64,000 nt of DNA from the NCBI GenBank assembly GCA_051294375.1, contig CM119267.1, positions 24,935,783-24,999,782 of the forward strand, in the 5' to 3' direction. How positions within the stretch are numbered: the first letter of the stretch is position 1; each line of letters starts with the position of its first letter. The notes beneath the pieces were generated by a model. The model saw only the letters and a program-made list of their open reading frames with translations, had not been told where the DNA came from and did not search any database. Shown piece after piece: positions 35,001-45,800 of this stretch. The position numbers and the translations under genes are program-made. Source of the DNA: Paraspadella gotoi. Its lineage: Eukaryota; Animalia; Chaetognatha.

Positions 35001-38000
35001 CGGGATTCTTCATGGTTTCATCCTCACCAAACAATGTGAGCATCTGCTCTGCAAACGCGGACATCCTCCCGAGAGAAAAACGAAAGAGGAAACCTCTTTC
35101 CCGCCTTCTCTTCCTCTTCACATACGCTACCTCAGTACGCCGTCACGAGACAGAATCACTCGTAACCAAGCAAACCAAGAGGGGGAATCCCGCGAAGACT
35201 TCCAGTGAAGTGCCACGCCCACTTGACCGGATGTCGTAGAAGGGGGGATGAGAAGCCGCAAAAACCAGTCCATGGACGAAAACCTGACCTGGAAAACTGA
35301 CGGCCGGATGAAGCAATGGCCGAAAGAGCTGTCGGGCGATCAGACGGCGTCCTTTGGCGTCCCAAGAGCCCTACCCTACGCTTGGGAGGCGGCGAAAAAC
35401 TTGCAAGGCCTGTAGGGACGTCGAGCGTGACTAAGCGGACTGCCACGCCCACGCTTGCAGCTAACAGAACTGGCACAATTGAGTGGTGCCCTTGAGTGGA
35501 GAAGCAAAAAATGGAACGCTTGAGTGACGTCTGAGGAGCAGTCTCCGAAAAGGAATGCCGTGGAGGGCGGAGAACTGGACAGAACTGTCTTGAGATCCAA
35601 AGGGGCAGCGTCAACAACTAAGCGCCGAGACTCGGAGAGGACCAAACCAAAAATCGCCGCCAAACCCGACGAGGCGTCTCCAAGGGGCTTGGCAAGATCG
35701 TCAAGGTGGCCTGTGTCCACTGCACCGGGCCCCTCCGAGCGAAGGGCCTTGACCAAGAGGCGGAGAGCGTTAACGATTTGGAGTCCTTCCGAACGGCGTC
35801 AAACTGAGCGGCAAGGCAACTCTTGAGCAGGGGGACAAAAATCCGCCGGCGAATAAGCATCCGACCAGCGCCTGAAAAGCGCGGTGGGAAAACGTCCCAC
35901 GACAAGAAAGAACGTCTTCCTGGCCGACTGCGCAAGACTCTCCACTGTCTTCAGAGGAGGAACCCTCCTCTGATCCGGAACGGAGACGTCGTCGTCGACT
36001 CGCGCAGAAGTGGCTCAATGAGGAAGGCGTGACCCAGTCACCCTCTCGGAGTGTAAAGGCCGATCCACCGCCAAAGAGGCTGCCAGAAAACGCGAAGTCT
36101 CCAAGTCGCTGGCATAAGAACGAAGACCGACGAAGTACAGCGAAGTACGGCGAAGAATGGCGAACAGAGGCGTCCAAGAACCATGAAGAAAACGTACTTG
36201 GAAAGAAGAGAAATCATTGAAAAATGACAGTCTCAAAAAGAACCCCAAAAACACCCCTCCAAACAAGAACAAGCGAGCCTGAGCCACCCTCCACCACCGG
36301 TGGTGCCAGGGGTGGACGGTGGGTGGTTGTTGGTGGGGAAGAACCATGAAGAATCCCAGTTCCATTTGGAACCATAAATTCTATCATGTAGTTCTTCCCC
36401 ACCAACAAGTGAGCCTGTAACAAGACCAGGTGAAGGCCCGACAAAACAAACAAAGTCGAGTTAGGTGGAGCACAGGAGGAAAACCCCTCTGAACGCCGAA
36501 TATACGCCAAAAGGGCGAAAAAGCAAAAAGACGAAAAAAGAGGAACTCACCGCCGAAGACTCTCCAACTTGAAACGAGACGTGCGGTGAAACTCCTTAAA
36601 TTTGCGACGAACGCTAGAGAAAGCGTTGCTAATTTGGAGAAGAACTGCCTTCATCTGAGAAGGCCTGACCAAAACAGCCCAAAATGGCTGGCGGTGGAGG
36701 AGGCGGTTGAGGCGGCGGCGAAGGCGGCGGCGGAAGAGACATGAGGGTAGACGAGTTGAATAACGCGCGCCTCAGTGCAAAAAACGGAGCGTACTGGACA
36801 AACAAGGGGGACGAAAACAAAGTTTCCCCCCTGCAGCCGTAGGGTGCGCACAGGGCAAACAAGGGGGCCGAAGCAAAATTCTTCCCCCCACAGCCGCGCA
36901 GGGGTGCGTCGAGGGCAAACAAGGGGGGCGAAGCAAGATTCTTCCCCCCGCAGCCACGCACAACAAAGACGGAGAAAAAAGGCGGCCGTGAAGAGAGAAC
37001 TTCAAACAGCCACGTGTCGAAAAATATCTATATTTTAAACTCAAAAAAAGAGAAACGAAAAATATGCAGACACGGTAGGGCAGAGAGGATGTGAAAGAAA
37101 CAAAAAAAGTGCCATCTCTGAAACCTATAAAATCTTAAAGTATACCCATGAGACACTTAATGTGGTAGGTCAGTAAAATTCGATAAAGGCAGGTTTTTTT
37201 TTAAATGCTCATTAAAGTTTTTTAAATTTTTTTATAAAAAATTTTAAGTAGTTTATGGAATATGCTTACAATTTGAATGTCTATATGTCTGTCATTATCT
37301 ACAAAGCATAAGCTTTAATTTGAAACCACTCCCAACTTTTTATTACTTTTTGCTATTGAATATAAGTAAAAATTAAATATTTTTTTTTAAAAAGATTAAT
37401 CAGTTAGTACCATTGAACAGATTATTTCTTAAAAATAAAAATACAAATATGTTCTCAAAATACATTTCTACTTATTAGGTTTCAAAATAAGTTTTTTTTT
37501 TAATTAATAATAATTTTAATATAAAAAATTTAAAAAATAAAAAAAATATTTTGAAAAATATTAATATATACTCTAATTAAGTATTAAAAGTTAAAGCATT
37601 ATGTTTGTTAATATTTTTACACATTTGTCTATAATTAATATTTATCAAATATTGAGTGAGTTATTATTATAATATAATTTTATGAATAAAATTTTTTTTA
37701 ATAAGTAATAAATTATATAATTACTTTTTAAAGCTGGATATGATTTTGAATTAAAGTGCTCAACTAATATTTATCTGTCATTTTATTTGAGATTAAGTTT
37801 TAATTAAATATCACATATTTTTCTTAAAAAAATAAAATTAATTATCTGTATTATTTATTTTTTATAATAAATTTATATCAATTTTTTTTTAAATTTGTTT
37901 TTAGGGCTTAATAAGTAGAAATACATTTTGAGAACCTATTTGTACTTTTATTTTTAAGAAATAATCCGTTTGAAAGAACTGATTGATTATTAATTTTTTT

Positions 38001-41000
38001 TTAAATTATGATTTTTATTTATAATTCAATAACAAAAAATCGTAAAAAGTTGGGAGAGGTCTCAAATTAAAGCTTATGCTCTGTAGATAATGATAGATGT
38101 ATAGACATTAAAATTGTAAGCATTTTCACTAAACTATTTAAACAATTTTATACAAAAATTTTTTAAAAAACCTGCCTTTATCGAATTTTACTGACCTACT
38201 ACATTAAGTGTCTCATGGGTATACTTTAAGATTTTATAGGTTTCAGAGATGGCAGAATTATTCAACAAAAATAATCAAAAAAATATTTTCGAAAAAAGCC
38301 GGGAGACTGTGAGCGGAAGCCGACCAAATTCAAATTTTAATGGGAACAGCATTAAACTAATCCATTATTGGTATTAATTATTGTGTTAAAATATTTTTTT
38401 GCAAAAATGTTCCGAACCATAAGTAATTCGCTAATTAATATTATTTTATTGCTATATAATGTTAAAAATTTTTTTGGAGATTTTAAGTTTTTTTAATTGA
38501 TTCTGATAGAGCTTAAAAAGTTAAGCAAAAAAATATAATTACAACTTTTTAAAATTTTGATGTTTTATTACTAAAATTAGTAAAAACTGCTAAAATCATC
38601 AGATGATGATGATGATGATAATTTTTTAAGGTTTTTCTCAATTTTAACCCACTTATCATCAAAATATTAAAAAAAAATCTTAAAAGCATAAGGATCGTCC
38701 GCAATTGCATGAGAAAAAATCTGGATTGACGACAAATTTTGATACTAAAAAAAAATCAAATTTGAAAAAAAAAAAATTTATAAACAGAAAAGAAAAAGAA
38801 GAAAAGAATAAATAAAGAATAGAAAGGAAAGAAAGAATAGAAAAAAAAATAAGAAAGGAAAGAAAGAAAGAATAGAAAGAAAGAAAGAATAGAAAGGAAA
38901 GAAAGGAAAGAAAGAATAGAAAGGGGAAAAAAGAAAATTAGTTTATAAACAGAAAGAAAAATTCTATTTTGCGACTGTGAAAAAACTTTTTCATTGTCAA
39001 AAGAATAAATATAAAACAGTAAAATAACTTATTTTCGAGTTTAATTTTTAGCAAATGCTTAGACTGGAGTAACATTATTGAAGGTACTTTTGTTTTACTT
39101 TAAGCACGCATAAGCGAGCAGTTTGATCGAACGCGACCTCTCTAAACACTGTCAGCATTCCCAGACAAAAGACAAAGTGAAACTTGAATCAGACTTACGA
39201 AGTGATGTAAAGATTAAAGTGAAATAAAAACCAGATGTTACTATAGCAAAATGATAACATGCACGAATGCGATGCCTAATTTTACGAGTTCAATCCCAAT
39301 TCAAATTTTTTTTTTTAATAAAAATACAGAGAGAGAGAGAGAGAAAAGAAAGAAATCAAATGGCAGCAGCAGAAGCAGCAGGAGAAAAGAGAGAAAAAGA
39401 GAGAGCCCCTGCAGAGCCAGCTGCAGACTCAAAAGTCAGCAGCAAAAGCAGCAGGAGAAAATAGAGAAAAAGAATAAGCCCCTGCAGAGCCAGCTGCAGA
39501 CTCGTTTTTTTCCCCTATGATTATGAATCAGTGAATAAGGAAAAGAGAGAGGGAGAGAAACATGTAATTAAAAGAAAAAAGAGAGAGAGAAATATGAAAA
39601 TAAAAGAGAAAATTTGTTTGTTTTAATAAAACGTAAACAAAACATATTTAATAACTGTCCAATTTTAAGCACATCGATAATGAGAAGCTGTATATAAATT
39701 TTCAGCTTCATAAACCCAAATTTAATCATAAAAAAGGCGATCTATAATTTGGAACGCCGACGACGACGCCTGCGCAAAAGTGTTACAATATCGTCGCAAA
39801 CGCTTAGCGATTGCGACGATAAAAATTATACTTTGTGTAGATAACTTTTCATAAGCTATTTGAATCTGCTTTTAAAAATAAAAAATTCAGAAAAAATTTT
39901 TTGACATTTCCTATCTATAAATAAATATTAAAAAATTAATTACTAATGCTTCTTGCCATTTTAGAAAATTTTGCTCCATTGAAAGTTTTCTCAGAAATGT
40001 ATGAAGTTTCATTTGGAAAGGTTCCCAAATCAAACTTCTGACCCACCCAATTGACGAAGTTTGGCTCTAGCAAAAGCGCGAACAGAAGAAGTGATTCTGT
40101 CTCGTGACAGCGTACTGAGGTAGCGTACGGTAGGGGGAAGAGAAGGCGGGGAAGAGGAAGTTCCCTCTTTCGTTTTTCTCTCGGGAGATGTCGCGTTTGC
40201 AGAGCAGATGCTCACTTGTTGGTGGGGAAGAACTACATGATAGAATTAGGTGTACCCTTTTAGCAGTTGTGCACATTTATCCCTAGCAACATCAGGATGT
40301 CATTATCATCCAATTCCAAGGGACCTGATTGGGGTTGGTGTAACACTTGATTAGGAGCTTGGCGAGCGACTCGGGCAAGACCATCGCGAGAGGCTCCGAC
40401 TTCAGGTCGATCGTTTCGAGTTCTTCTGGAAAGTCTTCAGTTCCGTCGACGCGGAGAGAATTAAAGTCGAGGAAGGCGCTGGGGTTGGCGAAGTTGTACA
40501 TCTTCGAGGAGACGGTGACAATCCTCGATCCGGGGCCCGAACTGGTTTACGGTGCGTGGGTTGAGAGGGAGAGTAGGGTTGATAAACATCAAGAAATGAA
40601 TGAGATGTGGCGAGTAGAAGGAAGAATTCACTTTGAAATTCCTCAAAAATTAGGCGAGATAATCTTTTCTTTTTGATATTCCAGAAAACTACAGGCAAAT
40701 TCAAACAAACCGGAACGAGACAAAACGAGACAAAACTTTTTAAAGGTCAAGAAAAAATCCCATTTCTTCCTTTCGACTTATAACAGATATTTCTTTTTAA
40801 GTCCTTTTTTCTTTTTACGGAATCCTTATCTTCGTTGAGACTTTAAATATCTTCAACATAATTGGAATTCTAGAATTTAAATTCTCTAAACTCTTTTTCT
40901 TCATTTTTCATCCTTCAACTTGTAATCCCTCTCCCCCCCCCCGACCTTTTCAACAAATCCAACAAGAGATTCGTGAGATAAAAGTGAGCCAAGTGATTAA

Positions 41001-41442
41001 CGAAGAGTCCCATCTCGATTCCATCCTCGTTCAGCGCCACCTCGTCGCGACCCACGAGACCGGCGTTGTTGACGAGGACGTCGAGACGCATCTCTCGGCG
41101 CCGGAATTCCTCGGAAAATCGGCGGACCGAGGCGAAGGACGAAAGATCGAGCGCCATGAAGATCACGCGGTCCGGCGACGCCACGGCGCGGATTTCCTTC
41201 AGGGCCGGCGCCGTCCGCGTCTCGTTGCGGCAGGCGAGCACGACCCGGGCGCCGCGCTTGGCCAGGTCCATCGCCGTGGCCCGACCGATGCCCGTATTGG
41301 CGCCGGTTATGATAACCGTCTTGCCGTCCATTCGCGCGGCGCTCGGGCAACGGGTCCCGTCAAAGTAGAGATGACGGGAAAGATCGTAGAGGAGAAAGAG
41401 GAAGGGGAGGATCAGGGAGAGAAGGAGGAGGAATTGATTCAT
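23093..41442 (-). CDS. RDH11/12/13/14-like SDR, 4 exons, with a 16.8-kb transposon-filled intron
   Basis: Exons 41442-40946, 40541-40325, 23551-23384, 23302-23093 join in frame: [51 protein letters not shown]. Confidence 0.85.
23672..25258. mobile_element. GAGCC-terminated TIR element (possibly Sola-like), containing a fragment of a related repeat
   Basis: GAGCCAAACCGATGATAC (23672) versus GTATCATCGGATTTGGCTC (25240-25258); internal 24447-24880 matches parts of 38480-38670 and 39850-40068 in reverse orientation. Confidence 0.45.
25512..25552 (-). ncRNA. Minimal type I hammerhead ribozyme
   Basis: Minus strand ACG-CTGATGA-AGGCTC-GAAATGT-GAGCC-GAAA-CATG-TC-CGT: conserved CUGAUGA/GAAA/GUC core, stem II GGCTC/GAGCC, palindromic short stem III ACAUGU. 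Confidence 0.85.
26412..26455 (+). ncRNA. Minimal type I hammerhead ribozyme
   Basis: ACG CTGATGA AGGCTC GAAATGTGAT GAGCC GAAA CATG TC CGT. Confidence 0.85.
28168..28530 (-). mobile_element. Terminal fragment of DIRS-like family B
   Basis: Matches 34977-35345 and 47474-47835 (end extension plus ITR). Confidence 0.7.
29170..29211 (+). ncRNA. Minimal type I hammerhead ribozyme
   Basis: ACG CTGATGA AGGCTC GAAATGT GAGCCC GAAA CATG TC CGT. Confidence 0.8.
29244..34908 (-). mobile_element. DIRS1-like tyrosine-recombinase retrotransposon (family A), ~5.7 kb, frameshifted
   Basis: ITRs about 29278-29482 and 34692-34902; terminal extension 29244-29277; ICR 33813-33894; no TSD. Minus-strand remnants in the expected order: RT-like (FFI*SDILIL near 31860, followed by G(V/F)HH...LE; ISYLGF), MT-like (PAFDLF...FCAW near 30900-30840), YR C-terminus-like (AHGV...WS...FFRF/HCRDV, 29650-29530). 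Domain calls are by eye on degraded frames. Confidence 0.8.
37071..38254. mobile_element. Foldback DNA element with ~400-bp TIRs, CAC-start (Transib-like)
   Basis: 37110-~37490 is the reverse complement of ~37900-38254; left end CACGGTAGGG preceded by GCAGA, which recurs at the right junction (possible 5-bp TSD); the right terminal ~40 bp is missing. Confidence 0.6.
38314..40068. mobile_element. GAGCC-type TIR element inserted into family B, itself carrying a HINE-like copy
   Basis: Left GAAGCCGACCAAATTC (cf. GAGCCAACCAAATTC at ~47083), right AGTTTGGCTC; interrupts the family B sequence CTGTGAGCG|CAAGGCGCG. Confidence 0.5.
38676..39825 (-). mobile_element. HINE-like copy 3
   Basis: Same subTIRs, terminal hairpin (39790-39820) and 70-bp tandem units; (GAAA)n expansion at 38810-38920. 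Confidence 0.75.
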
Positions 41443-42872
41443 CGTTCGACGAAGATGAGAAAAGAGTTTTTGATTCTTGGTTTAAATTAAATGTTGAAAA
41501 CTGAAAAAAACAAATAGTATAACTAAAAATCTCGAAAAAAAAAGACTGGCAAAATGATGAAATAGTAACAAGGCAAAGAATGGGCAAAACTAATTCGGGA
41601 AATATAAAAACCGAAAATCCAAGGGACCGAAATTTCGGAAAACGATAGATTAAATTAAACTAACATAGTTAGGAAAACAAAAACAAAAAGAGACAAAACC
41701 AACGAAAAACGCTGCCGTTCCTGTCTGAAAATTTATGAAAGAGACTAGTTTTATTTGGAATTACAATTGTAATCATAATTACAATTATTAACGTACGAAA
41801 CGAGAAATAGGCGCCGAGCGATACGATTTACGATAAGTAGAGTAACGACGTACGTAAAATACACAATCCGGGGAGAGAAACGTCATTGTTTTTACATGAA
41901 GATGAAAAGTCGAGAGAAGACACTGAATATTATGTCAATTTTATATGTCCTAAAAACTAGTAACAAACAGTAATAGAGGTGCGACGACGGAAGAAATTGG
42001 GTTTTAGTATTATTGAATAGAAAGGCGCGCGAAAATGACAGAAAGAAAATAATTCTTTGGCTTCACTATGTTTATACAAGAACATGCGAGAGAATGCTTT
42101 AATATCAAAGATGATAGTTTAAAAAATCAGAGTATTGGGAGTAAGTTAACCTAATCTAACTTTATAAAAAGAATTATGAAAGATAAGAGAAAAAATGTTT
42201 CTATGAAATAAAAAACCGTAAAATTAAAATTAAAAGGAAAATGACGAATAAGAAAAAAAAAAGATTTTTTTTTAAATTAAAGAGCAATAAAATAAAAAAG
42301 AAGAAAAAAATCTGGATAAAATAATGAAAATCCTGGGTAAGAGAAAAATAACTTTTCAAGCTTCAGGCTTTATAAATCAAGCAATGAAGAGTTTTTGGGG
42401 GGCGAGAAATAAAATAAATATTAAAAGGCGAACAGGAAAAATAAATAAATAAATAAATAAATAAATTAACATTAAGGCAACGTAGACATGGGCGTGCGAA
42501 TCGCCCGTTTCACCGTATATTCCGAAAGACGAGGAAGAAAACAAAAACAAAAGATGAAAAAAATCAAAATCTGGAGATTCTGTGCTGAAAATTCAATAAT
42601 AAGTGAAAAACGAGATGAGAATCGTCATGAAAAAAAGTCCGACCGGTCATCGTCTACATCGTTTTAATTGAGAGAGGGGAAATTCCAAGAAAAAAAAACA
42701 AAAAAAATTGATTGTTTTACTCGACTATTTTTTTTCCTTGTTTTGTCTTTTTGCACCAAAAAAAGTCGACCTCCACCCACTAACATTGGCTCACAGTTCC
42801 CACAATTACTTTTGCTCTTTCAGCTTCTACTGGCAGCTCATTTTTGCTCTTCATCTCAAGTTTCGCTCCACC

Positions 42873-45800
42873 TCAAACTTCGGTCCCGATTTCTGGATCG
42901 AAAGGAATCGCATCGCGTCCGTCATCGATGTCGTCGTCAACTGCGTAGACTTCCACGTCGCCCTCGACGACGGCGAAGGGCGCGGCGGCCACCGGCGGCG
43001 CCGCTTCGGCGACGATCGTTTCCGCGACGTAAAATGCCACGCCTCCCGAGGGTGGCTGGGGTGAGGAAGGGGCGAAGGCCTCCACTCTCTCATCCACCGG
43101 TTGCTGCATCATCATTATCACCGCCGCCGCAACACTCTCGTCAACGACGGGCGATTCGACTTCGTCGCCGCCGGCCCACATCCGCTCATCGGGCGCCGCC
43201 TCTGTTACGCCGGCTGAGCGCGGCAGATCTCGAATAAGCGCCGCGTGGATCGAGGCCGAAGGGTAAGGGTCTACCGGCGCCATGGGACGCTGGAGAAACT
43301 CGTCGCCGTCTACTTCGACGTCGTGAAAGGGCGCGGTGAATGAAGCAGCGGCGCCTTGATCGTCGGCGTCTTCGTCGTCGCGTCGAGACATCAGCGCCGA
43401 TCTCTCGCTTCTCTTAAAGACTCCGGCGACGATATCCTCGTAGCCGAATGAATAACTGGAGAATTGGGAATTTTTGTAAGTAAATTTAATTAAATAATTA
43501 TATAATGGTAAAATACTTGGTTTTAAATACAATACATCGTGTTTTTGACTTTCTTTTCGTTGCGTTTTAAATTTAGAGAAAAAGTGTTATTTGTTACAAA
43601 CAACGATTTTTAATATAAATATTAAGGCGGGCCAAAATTGAACACTTTTTATAACTTCTAGTTCTCTCAAAAAAATTTCTTTTTTTCTTTTATTACGAAA
43701 TCGATTTTCAATGCAACTTTTTGCATTAGTTCATTTGGTTGTTGCACTGAAGTTTTTAAATATTTATTAATATATAACAAATACAATTTTTTTAGAAAAA
43801 TTGTATTTTTTAAAAACGGAATTCTATAGAGCTTAAAAAGTTAAATGAAGGTTAGTACTACAATTTTTAAATATTTTAAATAAATAAGAGGTAGTTTTAA
43901 CAATAAATATTCTTTCTGATAACATCATTTGAAATACATTTATAAACAAATATTTTTACCACTCAAATAAGGACCCACCGTTTCTTGGAGAGGCCTCCAT
44001 TTCCGGCGCTCTTAGGGGGGGTGTCCGGAGTAGAGTATTGACGAAAGACAACGCTGTCCGAACTGTTGTGACAATCGAGCTTGAGCGCGTTCGTCTTCGT
44101 CGTGCAGAAAATGAAAGCGCCGGCGAGGAGGAAGAAGACGATGAGGACGGCGCCGGTCACGACGCCACCGAGAATGACGCCGCCGTTGGCGTGGCGTTGT
44201 CGATGATGATGGCGCTTGTTGACGAGAGTCTTGCGACCGCCGTCGGGGACATCGTCGTTCTTCGCGTCGTCGTCGGGAACGTCGTCGTAGTCGTCGTCGT
44301 CGTAATCGAGGGAAGAGGATAAGATTTCCATTTTCTCCGGAATCGTTCGTTGATCGGCGAAAATATCGTCGTCGCCGCCGAAACGACGCCGGACGAAGAT
44401 CGTCGTCGTCGTTTCCACGAATCCGGCAGCGTTTTTGGCTCGACATTTGAATTCGCCGGAAGTGGCGTTGGTGACGGCGGAGACGCGGAGAGTCGACGTC
44501 AGCGTGGGAGGATTTCGAGAAGAGTCCGTCCACTCGAAGACGGCGAACGACGACGACGACGACTTTTTTGGTGTCGTCGTCGTCGTCGTCGTCGTTTTGA
44601 GCCGAAGAAGTTTTCTTCCGTTGCGAAACCAAATCATCGGAGCAACGGGATCCATTGTCACTCTGAAATGTAAACAATGAAAAGATACGTTACACTGAGC
44701 TGTACAGTGTACTGAATACATTTAATACGGAAAGTAACAAACCTGCACGTGACGTTTTTCGCGACGCCTTCGTCCACCGTCAAAGCCACCTTGGGCGACG
44801 TGGCGAGGAGTTCCGGCGCGCAGGCGAAGCGGCGCTCGTCTGCACTCGCGGCGCCGCCTTCGTCCCACCCCCGGCCCTGCAGGCGCTTGGGCGTTGCGCA
44901 GGCGGTGGAGGCGCCGACGCCGCCGTCGAAGGTCACGTTTTCTCGGCGGACGAAGGAGTTCAGCCACCGGAGGCGACAGTCGCAATGCCACGGGTTGTGA
45001 AAGAGCGTGAGGAGGCGGAGGCGACCCGTCAAGGGGACTTTACCTAAAGGGCGAGGAAAAATATAGACCTGAGGGTTGTGCGGGGTAATTCGGAACATTT
45101 TTGGAGGTATTCAAATTTTTTACATAGTAAGTTTATTTAAAAAAAAAAAAATTCTGGTAATATAACTAGGAAAGTGTCCTCACAACAGATTGATGTAGTC
45201 GTTTTTATCCTTCCGTTTTACCCCACTTAATATATTATGTATAATTTTTTATAATATTACAAAAATCTTAAAAGCAGAAGGATCGTCGCAATCGCATAAG
45301 AAAAATCTGGATTGACGACAAATTTTGATACTAAAAAAAATCAAATTTGAAAAAAAAAAAAATTATAAACAGAAAGAAAAATTATATTTTGCGATTGTCA
45401 ATTAAAAAAAATAATAAAGTACAGAGGAAAATTCAAGTTACAGTTTCTGAAAAAAAAAAGAAGAAAAAAAAATTGTCAAAAAATAAACTGAGAAAAAAAA
45501 AAGAAATAAAAACCCGATGTTGCGATAGCAAAATGATAACATGCACGAATGCGATGCCTAATTTTACGAGTTCAATCCTAATGCAATTTTTTTTTAAATA
45601 AAAAATATTTTTGCAACCATTCCCGCAATTATTTGTTTGCTCTGTTTTCTTTTCAGAAAAAAAAAAAGAAATCAAAAGGAAGCAGCAGAAGCAGCAGGAG
45701 AAAAGAGAGAAAACGAATAAGCCCCTGCAGAGCCAGCTGCAGACTCAAAAGGCAGCAGCAGAAGCAGCAGGAGAAAAGAGAGAAAACGAATAAGCCCCTG

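Larger units (their letters stand above)
34977..40247 (-). mobile_element. DIRS-like family B element (non-autonomous) with nested insertions
   Basis: Colinear with 47474-49944 after removing 37071-38254 and 38314-40068; ICR at 36326-36414; ends AATT...AATT. Confidence 0.75.

Noticed and set aside
29482-36961. Dozens of overlapping 60-210 aa ORFs as independent genes
   Set aside because: They arise from GC-rich, frameshifted DIRS sequence; none has coherent homology on its own.
43623-43900. TAAGGCGGGCCAAA repeat also at ~52407 and inverted at ~20392
   Set aside because: Probably fragments of another MITE family, but paired ends and a TSD could not be defined.
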